Assembly: GCF_006345805.1 (NCBI RefSeq)
Contig: NC_042998.1
Coordinates: 156,984,001-157,048,000 of the forward strand
DNA length: 64,000 nucleotides
Direction of reading: 5' to 3'
DNA from: Octopus sinensis
Lineage: Eukaryota
In this document: positions 50,880 through 61,991 of the stretch, in pieces
Position numbering within the stretch: position 1 is the stretch's first letter
Layout: every line of letters starts with the position of its first letter
Made by a program: the position numbers and the translations under genes
The notes under the pieces: model-generated
Told to the model about the DNA's origin: nothing
The model's database searches: none
The model's input: the letters and a program-made list of their open reading frames with translations, nothing else

Positions 50880-52450
50880 TTCAAGCCCATAAATAAATAC
50901 CAAAAATAAAGATAACATATAACTATGATTGGGTCACATAACTTGGATTTATTACAAAAAAGCAGAGAACATTACTTTCATATTTTTCTTACACTATACT
51001 GTTGTGATGTGGTAATTTTTAGTAAGGGGCAAAGGTACGATTAAACGACACGCTTCCACAGATACAGTTAACACATCATTTTTATCCCTAATTAGGGCAA
51101 TTGAAAATGACAAAATATTGGCTGCAGAACTTTGTAAAAGTGGTCTATCAAGCATCACCTGTCATACTTCAGTATGATCACGGAGTAAAAATGTTGGCGA
51201 AGAAATATACAGTGACTCATTAATCGTGAAATGTGTTGGAAAACTAAAGCAAAATAACCAAGTGAAAACTTTTCTAGCATTGTATTCTGTGCAGATGTAT
51301 AAGGGACATCAAAGAACAGTTTGTCGTTTCAATAGCAACTGATGCTTCCAACGAAGGTGCAACCAATGTATTTTCCAGTACATGAGATAAGGTTTTCATT
51401 TTCAACATGGAGTACATGTGTCATTTCAACTTTAGCAGCGATAACCATGAATAATCAGAGGAAATAATTCGGCTACGAACTAGACTAGAAATGTCAGGTC
51501 TGAATAAAGTGTCTGATATTGCAAATATGGAAAATACAACGGTGCTTAATAAATAGATAAACGATTCAAATTTTCTCGCAATTTTTTTCTTTTGCACAAT
51601 ATTTGCTACGGGAAAAGTTTGATGTTGAATTTACAACTAAAAGTGTACAATCATTTTGATTTATCAGATAATCAGGACAATACAGCAAATGGATTGTGAT
51701 TTCGTGAATACTATTCATTATAGTCTGTTATGCCATGTAATTAGGCGGCCCCCTCATTTAATCATTTGATAAAATACATAAGTGTTGGAAAGTTTTTAAA
51801 AAAATCATTTTCAGAGTCTATATGAGCTGGAGTGTCCCAAAGCCCAGCGGAAGTGCTTTAGATATGAAGGAAACACTCATGAATCATCAGAAACCCATTT
51901 GTCTTTCCTCAGTCATAATATTAAATGGTTTACTAACGTCATTGAATTATTAGAAGCCAAGACATTCAGCATGAACTGAAATGTAAACTTTAGAGAAAAA
52001 CTAAAGGATTGTTTGGGTGGTGCTGTGAGCATCAAACTTAACCATTTTATCTCTGATGTATCTGAAAATATGAAGCAGACTTCGTTACTACCAGGTATGT
52101 CTTTTCTGAAAACAGCTTAGTCTAAACCTTTGTGGAGTTCTGTGATGTAGTCAACTGTGACATTTATGGTATTGACATGGGTGAATTATATGAAGAATAT
52201 GGGGTTGTAAATAAATACTCACGTGATAATAGTTAGCTTTAGTGAAGAACCTTATCTCAAGCTATTTGGTAAATCTGAGGTACTTTTTCAAACAAAAAAG
52301 TGAGAGCTTGTATTGTCTCCATTATATTCAGTTATGCTCACTGTAAATGAATCTTTCAATGACGACCACAGCTTGGTGAAACAGGGATATCACCAATGAC
52401 TAAACTCAGTCAAAACAGTACCTAAAATATGTGGCAACTTCTCGGAAGTG
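50880..52450 (+). mobile_element. Highly decayed DNA transposase relic (hAT-like)
   Basis: Fragments SIATDASNEGATNVF (first catalytic Asp region) and GTIKRH (zinc-finger-like). No intact ORF, and boundaries are approximate. Confidence 0.45.
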
Positions 52451-52639
52451 TGTCCAACCATGTTAAAAAGCGAAAATCGCTATCAACAGAAAACTGGACA
52501 TCAAGCGGCTTGCATTTTTTGCTGTAAGTGTGGTAGTCATATTCATGTGATGCGATTGGGCGACCATTTTGTACAACTTAAGGGTAATTTTGCACTTTTA
52601 TGTGCTTTGTGAGTCCAGATCGGCTGGAAAATTCCCCAC

Positions 52640-53805
52640 AACTTAGCTCGCATAACAGGTTAGCTGCTAGAAACTGGTTGTATTCAACGTATTCGCATAG
52701 GTGACTTGGGAAGTCAGCTCTGAAGAGATCAGCTGTTCACATTCATCACACTCAGAAGGTACTGTTGGACTAACAGGTTCTCTTTTCCTGAATGCTAGCT
52801 TTACATTAGCCCACTCTAATGAAGGTTCCTGAAATTTCCTGATGCCATAGGTTATTTTGTACACCAATTACTTCTGTCTAACATTGAAGGCTTCCATTCA
52901 GTTGTCTCAATCTTGCATTGAGACAGAGAATTTTTCACAAATTCGTTAAAATGCTCTTTTGGCTTATGCTATAGTTTCATACAAGACGCCAGATCATCCA
53001 TAAAGGATTTGTTTTAGTTTAGGGTTCTACTGTTATGTAGTCGAGTGAAGTGGCTTACCCAGAGGAGTGTGCGCTTATGAATGTGAGCTTCAATGCTGAA
53101 TGTGGCAGCAATTTGGAGTGCTTCAGAATCAGGCGTATGTGTACACCAGTGATCACCTAGAATATCTCGGAGGCATTGTTGGTGAAAATACTGTAGGATC
53201 TTAAGGTATCTGAAGCAGATGACCCAAGTTTTACAAGAGCAGTATCATGGAAACGTTTGCTTTGTATACTACACTTTAGCATGCCTTTTTAAATTCCTTT
53301 CTGGTACCAAACGTGTGCTTTGAGACTGCCAAAAGCATCAGTTGTCTTTCTGATGCGTGAAGCTATTTCATCATCAAGTGGACAGTGCTGATCAATCATA
53401 CTTTCTAGGTATGAAAATTTAGCAAATTTGAGCCTGTGACCATCGACAAAATTGATGGTTCAACATAGTGTGATCTGGGAGCTGGGTGAAACATTACCAC
53501 TGACCTGTTGAGGCTAATGGTTAACCTGAATGTCTTACAAGAGTCTATCCATAAAAGTTTGTGTACATGTGGAGTGAGTGTGCTACAAGATCACAGTCAC
53601 CAGCGTATAAAATTCTGAATGATCTTGGTCTTCGCAACAAAATGTCATATATGGAATGAGTGTTTTGGTATCTAATGAAGATGCCTTTGTTGCAGTCCCT
53701 GAAAAGAGTGGATGTTTAATACCATACTTGAGTTTAATCGGATCACTGAGAATACCACCGACATTTACTCGGACCTCCATGTCATCATGAAAAGACTTTA
53801 TGATA
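52640..53805 (-). mobile_element. Decayed RTE (BovB-like) LINE fragment
   Basis: IIKSFHDDMEVRVNVGGILSDPI is homologous to 46830-46920. Remnants of FSYLES and EIASRIRK lie further on. Confidence 0.65.
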
Positions 53806-54799
53806 TCAAAATACATACATACATACATACATGCAAACGCACACTCACGCATGTACACACATACATAGGTGGTACTTCGTGGTAACTTGCGAAAACATAC
53901 GTAATATCTTCATTTCTTGGAAATGACAATCCCAGTCGGGTGAATTACAGCAAAGACGGTAATCACTTTGGACGTTCTGAGAAACAGATATGTAAATGTA
54001 ACTTGTATATAATCTATGGCTATATACAAACTTCTCTATGAATTTTAGGTGGTTTAACATCCAGTGCATTGAGGGAGTCAGTTCCACTGCGCTAAACCCG
54101 GACGTTTATTAAAAGGTTTAATGACATTTATTAACGGCCCACATGAGTGGGTGTGTGTGTAAACTGAACCACAAGTATGGGTACGCAAGTAACTCTAGTA
54201 CTGATGTATATAATGTTTTCGTTATTGTATATTTTATTTCTCTTATTCTTCGTATTTACTCCCTGTATTTGGTTTACTACTAAAGGAATGTAGTCTGCAA
54301 CATAACAATGGATCTATCTTTAGCCATTCCTACTGAACTGCTTAAATCTACAGTTACTAACAACATGCTGTATTAAAACCGTGTGAAACGGAGTTTATTT
54401 AAGGAGATACTCCTTATAACATCACCTGGTGAAACTCTTCTACACCAAAACCTGTTGTACAGTATCCCGCCCGCGAGGGATCGATGTAGGATGTGTTGAA
54501 ACGATCGTTGTGAGCCCAAAAGTTTCTCGTATATTCCATTTTGCATCTCTATCACTTGTTATATACTCAACAAACACAGAAATTCCTGAGGTAGATCCAG
54601 CGACAATTTTGTAAATAAATGGATGACTTCAGATAGCCATAGGGAGTGAACGTGTTTCATTGGTCAACTACTAGGAACATACACAATACTTAAATAATTA
54701 CTTATATATATATAAATATATAAATATAAATATACGTATATATGTGTAAGTATATACATACACGAGTACATACATACAAACATACACGAACGCGCACAC

Positions 54800-54930
54800 A
54801 GTGGGATCCTTTCAGTTTCCGTCTACCAAATCCACTCGCACTGCTTGGTCGACACGGGGCTATAACAGCTGTGAGACTGAACCCGGAACCATGTGGCTGG
54901 GAAGCAAGCTTCTTACCAAGTAACCACTGT
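54800..54930 (-). mobile_element. tRNA-SINE head fragment
   Basis: CTTTCAGTTTCCGTCTACCAAATCCACTC...GACTGAACCCGGAACCATGTGG is the reverse complement of the 28107 SINE. Confidence 0.75.
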
Positions 54931-54959
54931 ACATTTATCTATCTATCCATGCATACATA

Positions 54960-56440
54960 CATATCTTACAATGGCACCTGTAACAAAACACGTGTCATTA
55001 AACAATATTACAGCCGAATAAAGAAAATTTGGACCTCAGAACTCTCTGCATTCAGTAAAACAGTGACCCACAATATGCTTGCAGTGCCAGTACTCGCACC
55101 AACATCTGGGCTGCTTGATGAGATCCGAGCAATTATTGTGAAAACCTGAAAAATACTAACAAGCACACACAATTTCCACATAAACAATGACGTAGGCCTC
55201 TCTACCTAAAACGAAAACAAGGAGGCTGAGGCTTAACATCGATCCAAAGTGCCTATGAATGTCGCTTCAAGTCCCTTCGGCAACATCTTTTAACCACCAA
55301 GTGTCGAAGTTCACCTCTTGACCAAGTTTGTATACATGAGGCTGATAATACCATAAGATTTGGAAGGCAGCTACTTGAGCAACACTCTTTGTCTGATACA
55401 TACCCAAAGAAGTCGCACGACTCTACCGCAACGTATCATCAGATGAAAGGATGAGCCTATATGAGCAGAAGACTATGCATGGATATGTTAGAAGAAAGCT
55501 CCGCGATGATAGTAACATCGATCATCAAAGCAGTTTATTATGGACGAATAGCCGGATTACTACATCTCGCTTTGAAGGGTGTGCATTTGAAATCCAGGAA
55601 CAGGAAATATTAACTAAATACCTGATGAACAAAAGGGATAGAGATGCAGGAAAAGCAGTAAAATGTGACAACTGATGCAAACTTTGTGGAGTTAACACAG
55701 AAGATATCACCCACATCATAAGTAGTTGTCCGAAAATGTCACCACGGTATTATCTACAGATGAGACATGATGTAGGTATAATGAAATCCGTTGGAAGAAA
55801 AATCCCGAAGACGAAGAAATAAGAAACCGCAATATGGTAGAAGCTATAGCCACTTAGAAAAATAAATAAATAAATAATGGTGGAATGTCCCAGTGAAGTC
55901 CTCAATAAAATGTAAGCACAACAGACCTGATATAATGATTTGGGATAGAGGAGAGAAACTGTGCACAGTTGTGGAAATTAGCTGCCCAGCGGTTGTTAAC
56001 ATAAAGCTGAAGATCAGTGGAAAAGAGAACACTTTATGCTGAACTATTGAGCAATCTGTAGTTACTCTATCCAGATTACAAGTTCAGATTTATACTTGTA
56101 ATTATTGGAGCCCTGGGATATGTAACACACTACCTAAATACCAATCTTGAGAAATTAGGCTTCTCAGAACCAGAAAGGAGAAAGCTAATTCGAAGACTAC
56201 AGATCTAGGCCATCACTGGAACAGTAAAAATCTGTAAAACTTTCCAGAAGTTTATCATTCAAATATATATGAGCATGTCAAGATATGCAAGTATATGCAT
56301 GAGAATATATACACAAAACATACATACATACAAAAATACCCTGTTGTTGATGTTGAAATTCCAATGAAGGAGCCTTGGATCTAGGTTATAAACCGGTTCT
56401 TTCTCTATTGGCAAGAAATCTTGAAATAAGCTGAATAATG
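54960..56440 (+). mobile_element. R4/NeSL-type non-LTR retrotransposon 3' part (CCHC knuckle + restriction-like endonuclease), decayed
   Basis: CKLC-x8-H-x4-C (from ~55676), RHD, HNRPDIMIWD...VEISCP, VIIGALG. Many stops. Confidence 0.82.
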
Positions 56441-58878
56441 CCATACATACATGCATAGAAGCTTATGAATACACACACAGATATATGTATGTATGCATCT
56501 ATACATTTTATCCATTTCTGATTTTGTTGGATAGTCAGTGAGTCAATGCAAGAGACCATTGATGGCTGTTGCAGTTGATGCCCGGGTAAAGTATTCAAGG
56601 ATGTAAGCAACATTTTCGAAAAAATACAATCTAACGTTTAATAACATTAATCACCTTATCTCCCTTTTGCTAGTTTTATTTTCCTTTTAAAACCTGGCAT
56701 TTAATTTTAGTTGTAAGGGAGATAACTTCTACGTGAAAGAGTTAACGTTTTGTTGTAGATTGAATTGGTCCATAGTGCGTAATGATGGGACCAACTGCAG
56801 AGCCTTTATATATTTTTTTCAGTTTGCTGGAAATAGTTACTAAATCTTCTTCAGATCACATACATAGTGTTAAAAATAATAAATCATAGTTTACAATGTA
56901 ATCTTATTCTTGGAAATCAGTGGGGATGGTTATGGATGGAATCCTTTTGATCATAGCACGCTCGATCAAGGTGGACCCATGATTAAAAAACAAAAACTGA
57001 TTTTTAATCTATCAACTCTGGAAAGATGAAAAAGGGGAAACGATAACCAACAAGATTAGGATTTAGAATATAGGGAGACGATGAGGCATTTAATCTGTCG
57101 CTCTAACGTCCTGTTACTCCATGAGTATGCTGATCTCTCACTTTGCTACATAGTTGCTATAATCATTCAAATCATCTTGAATAGTACTAATTTAATCGAG
57201 ATTAATCGAGATTAATCGAGTCGACAATATAATCAGTTCGTTTATTCCCAAATTTCTAAACTTGTTCTCTATGTTTGAAATCAATGTTAAATTCGCTAAT
57301 CCATTGCTTTATTAATCATTTGAGATGATTACACTATTTCATATTCTGTTTTCATTTAGTTAGGTGTTTAGTGATGACATCACCAGTCTAGTGAAGGGAC
57401 CACCAGTATAGAGAGTTCACTATCTTCGTAGCTAATGTGTAGCTATAGCCCAATGGAGTGTTCACAGTCTCAGTGAAGTGACGACGTCGGCGGTGGCAGT
57501 TTGTTGATACTGTGTTTGTACGTTCGTTCAATAGTAATTGGTATACAAAGACAGACGGACAAACTCAACTTGTTCAATAGCAAAGTTTATTCAAAGCAGG
57601 GGGTTACGTACAATGTTAATGTCTTACAAAAAATTTCCTGCAAAGAAGTTGTGTTTGTGTAGAGATTTGTAGTGTTTTATAGAGATGTCTCTGGTATGTT
57701 AACAGTAAATGAATGAATGCATGAAAACATTAGCTGTACTTTGTATATGTAGAAGAAACTAGATAGAAGTGTTTCTAGATAGCATGAAGATAACGACATT
57801 GAATTTGGTTTATTCTGCCAGCATCCGTTGAAGAAGAATGTTCTTGTGTGAGAGAGGCTAGCGTAAACCGCGAAAGAGCAAAACAGTATGCCGAGAGTCC
57901 TTTGGAAGTGAAGCGAAGAAATCAATGAACTCTCATTTTTTATAAGCCACACAGGGCCTGACACAGAGGAGACAGAAACAAAGAACGGATGGAAAGGATG
58001 AATTAGATAAAATGATAAATGAAATGAAAGCGTTCGGCCCCCACCTCCGAGCAATTTCATTGAACCTGCTAATACAACTTCTTTTTAAAACACTACTTGT
58101 AACAGTTCAAAACACTATTTGCAACAGCTAACTTTCATCTTTTCGAAGAAAATCTGTTAAATTTCTTTATAAGTTCAAGATAGATTACCCGTTCTGGTAT
58201 TGTGCTGGTGTCTATTTTCTTGACCCACCACTCGAAGTCCTCTTCATAATCCTTTACTCTCGAAAAATACTCTGGGTCTGCCACCGCACAATGAATGTAC
58301 TCGGGCAATCCCCTAACTTCTGTTATATTCACTTTTATCGCTTTGCCCCTTGAACAAAACACACGTCTTCCACACAAAGACAGCAGTTTAACAGCAATCA
58401 ACAAGACGGAGGAAGTCAAGGAACTCGATTGAATCATGGCAGCAAGCACATTATGTAAGAGACACTCGGACGTAGCAGAAAACGCCTGTCCGAGGGAGTA
58501 AGTTATTTCAGCCAATCACAGACTGAGTAAAGCTGTAAACTGACAGTATCACCTGAGCCTAACATGAAGTTCAAAAATGCATGTTTGAACTAAATCTAAT
58601 ACAGACACGCTACAGGTGTGTGTAGAAAACTCGTATCATTTATAAAAAAGCACCCCTCAAAAAAAAAAAAAAAAACCCAAAACATAAATCGGATAAATTT
58701 TGAAAAGTTTTGTTTTAATTAAGCGTTTCAATTGAATATTCTTTATATTATTCTTATTATCCATGATTTTTTTCGTGGGCTTGGAGCTACTGGTGCAGCA
58801 ATTAGGGGGGTTATAAATTCTATCATTGAAGCTAGCTAGAAGGTCACTAGATGGCTTTGGATAAATAGAACAGACCTG

Positions 58879-59556
58879 GGATCTTTTCCTTTTGAACGGC
58901 ACATGTCAACACAATTTCTAGTTAACTAAACACTTTAAAACTTCGTATACTGGTAGAATGTGTCAAAATAAAACATTTTTTTCTCTTGGCTTTCTTGGGA
59001 AAATTGTAATTTGTCACTAACCCTAACCCTAAATTTTAGCCTTTCGTCTTTTTTTTCTTAATTGTTACGCGTGTGTCTAAAATTATTCGTTCTGTTTTTG
59101 TTTTGAGTTTTTGTTTTCGTTTTAGCCTTTCGTTATGTATACGTACGGAAAGCGTGTGTATAAAATTATAGAATTATTTTGTTTGTTAATTGTTTAAATT
59201 ATTTTCCATTGCTTTCGTTTTAGCCTTTCGTTTTTTTTTTCTTAATTGTTATCCTTAAATTAATTTAACAATTAAGAAAAAAAAATGAAAGGCTAAAATT
59301 TAGGGTTAGGGTTAGTGTTAGTGACAGGATGTTGTCTCAGTTTTAGACGCAGCAAATGATTTTAGCTCAATTAGAGGTAATTGATTGGTTAAAATTCGAA
59401 AAATTAAACAACGTTAAACAAACGAATTACAATTTTCTCAAGAAAGCCAAGAGAAAAAAATGTTTTATTTTGACACATTCTACCAGTATACGAAGTTTTA
59501 AAGTGTTAGTTAACTAGAAATTGTGTTTACATGTGCCGTTCAAAAGGAAGAGATTC
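58879..59556. mobile_element. Non-autonomous TIR element (MITE) with CAGACCTG target-site duplication
   Basis: ~130-bp TIRs (GGATCTTTTCCTTTTGAACGGCACATG...). CAGACCTG at 58871-58878 and 59557-59564. GG terminus with 8-bp TSD suggests Merlin-like, but a 6-bp AGACCT TSD reading is also possible. Confidence 0.85.
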
Positions 59557-60161
59557 CAGACCTGTTGTTTGCTACTTCTTTGATGTGAGTTTTGACTTGA
59601 AACTCACATCATGACCCTGGCTCGGTCAACTGGATAAGAGGTCTGACGTTGTGAGACCTAAACTCCCATGTGATCCCAGAAACATTACTAATAATGCATC
59701 CCAGAGCATACGTGAGATATATTTTAAAACAAAGCTATATAAAAACAAAAAGCTATGGCTTTGAACTTTCTAATATTATGGAGACAAGATCGAAATTCAA
59801 TAAATAATAGAGAATAAAATAGCTTCGCAATGCTAATTTGATCTAAATTTTAAGAATTAGGCCAAAATTAGTTAAAAACTAAACAAACACACTAGGGCAC
59901 ACATAAAGTTGACGTATGAAAATAGTTAATTTTATTCTCTTTATCTAGTTTCTGAATCTGAGCCTATATATAGTATTTTCAGCAACACATAAAGATATAG
60001 TTCTATATTTAAGAGATCAGGAATTATGTACATTATTTACATTTGACGGGCATACGGCGTTAAGAGCGCGGGCTACTAACTCCAAGATTCCGAGTTCGAT
60101 TCCAGGCAGTAACCTGAACAACAACAACAACAAAAATAACAATAATAATAATAATAATAAT

Positions 60162-60710
60162 GATGCAGTACCAGGCAGTGGCTCTCATGGCTTCTGATCT
60201 TAACTGATTGGAAGTGTTATCATGTACATTGTTTTGTCTTGGTATAAAAGATGGGCTACAGCAAATATTCTGCTCAATACCACAGATTTGCTTGTCAGTT
60301 TCTTGACCATAACCAGTTGAGCATGTCCCTTAGTGGCTGACGATATGTGCATCTCTGATCACGAGCAGAAGTAGTGGGGGAGCATCATAGCCGTGTGTTG
60401 AGAGGGATTCTTGGAGGTTTGGATAATTCACCTTTGGAAACATGGGTGGTTTGTTCAACATCCTTAATCAATCTTTATTCAGGGACCTTTTAAGCGGGAT
60501 GGGTTTCTCGATCAGAAGAAAATTCTAATTGGGCTCCACCTGCAAGGTCATGTGCTGTTTATCTTGATATGAGATCACCATGTCGCGCACATATGGTTGT
60601 GATGCATGTGCCTGGTGTACCCTTATCAGACGGGTAGTCATGATGGGTATACTGGGCTTCGTATATTTTACCCCAGTGTCACTTTGAGTGCATACACTGC
60701 TCTCTCACTC
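60162..60710. mobile_element. ~550-bp insertion within an (AAT)n tract
   Basis: GC-richer non-coding block flanked on both sides by (AAT)n, splitting the host element. Family not identified. Confidence 0.5.
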
Positions 60711-60744
60711 AATAATAATAATAATAATATAATAATAATAATAA

Positions 60745-60775
<31 letters not shown>

Positions 60776-60830
60776 AAGAACATCGAAAAATACCTTAGGA
60801 ATGAAAACCCAGGTTCGAAATTTCCCCAAG

Positions 60831-60874
60831 ACACCTGATTAAGGCTGGAGGGTATACCAGCCGAAAAGTTGTGT
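60831..60874 (+). ncRNA. Degenerate minimal HHR
   Basis: ACAC-CTGATTA-A-GGCTGG(agggtata)CCAGCC-GAAA-AG-TT-GTGT. Stems I and II are perfect, with a G8>U core change. Confidence 0.55.
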
Positions 60875-61349
60875 TAACAACAAACAAGATGAGGACAGAT
60901 ATCCATCAAATGTAAATAATATACATAAAGATATATTTTGTGTATTTCTAAGATTGATATTGCGTTAAATTCCAGACAGAATTATTTCCCTTGTGTGTGT
61001 GTGTTTGTGTGTGTGTGTGTTGGTTTGTGTATGTGCAAGAGAAACGAGAAAGAGAAAGTGAAAGAGAGAGAAAAGGATAGTGAGATAGAGATAGAGAGAG
61101 AGAGAGTAAAAGAAAAAGGAAAGAGAAAGATAGATAGATACAGAGATAGAGAGAATTTATTAAGTATCAGAAATGAACTGAATCTATTGTGACCGCTTCG
61201 ATTATTACTGTTCCAGGTTAAAATATTCTGCCAAGGATCTAAATTGACTTCCATGTAATGAAGGCAGTTAAAACAGAGGCAGCAATATGGGGAATAAAGG
61301 CTTTGAGGATAGTGTAAAGGATGACTAGTATACATATACACATCTATAT

Positions 61350-61426
<77 letters not shown>

Positions 61427-61883
61427 CCTTGAAACTATAGTCCGTATGTAGTACTTAGGTTTTCGAGGGAGGATGACCTCCCTTTGCAAATAACACAAGG
61501 ACACCGAGATAGTGTCTAAAGTCCATCTGGTGACGTTGATCGCCTGGGGCTAAAAGCATCAGTAACACCCCACCCCCAGTGGCTAGCCACATTCAGATGG
61601 CTAGTACACCTTACGTTGTCGAGCGGTTACTGTTTATATCTCGTTCAGAGATTTACTATTGCTATATATATATATATATATATATATATACTACAAAATT
61701 AGAGAATGGAGAAACATACTTAAATCAATAAAACATCAACTATCCGATGATACCCAATCAATACTTTAATACACCATTACATATGAGTAAAGGCATTATA
61801 TAAAATGAGATATACAGTAATAGTAAAAAGATAAAGAGATATAAGTAAAAAATTTTCAAATATAATATGCAATTAAATCAAAA

Positions 61884-61991
61884 CTGACAGCTGTTTCGGC
61901 AGTGAGGGCAGTCATACCTCATTTAACCTCTAAGCCATAAAGGCAGGTATAAATGAGGCATTAACAAGGATGCCCCACGGCCTCTTCAGAG
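61884..61991 (-). ncRNA. Hammerhead ribozyme with extended stem II in a pseudo-LTR remnant
   Basis: Minus strand: CT-CTGAAGA-GGC...GTGGGGCA/TGCCCTCAC, TGCCTCATTTA/TAAATGAGGTA, ACCT/AGGT, GCC(tttat)GGC...GCC-GAAA-C(AGCT)G-TC-AG. Confidence 0.8.

Larger units (their letters stand above)
60024..60928 (+). mobile_element. Composite non-autonomous element: tRNA-like segment + HHR-like motif between 26-bp inverted ends, interrupted by a second element
   Basis: Inverted repeat 60024-60049 / 60903-60928. B box GAGTTCGATTCC at 60092-60103. HHR-like motif at 60831-60874. Confidence 0.6.

Noticed and set aside
56355-56404. HHR-like look in the RLE element 3' UTR (AGCC/GGTT stem, AAACCGGTT palindrome)
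   Set aside because: Lacks both CUGANGA and GAAA in this copy. Cannot be supported without a family consensus.
57502-58077. Possible solo LTR (TG...CA with a poly(A) signal on the minus strand)
   Set aside because: No matching TSD or convincing terminal inverted repeat found.
60055-60110. tRNA gene
   Set aside because: B box is present, but the acceptor stem and 5' part are missing. It is a tRNA-derived repeat, as are the SINE heads.
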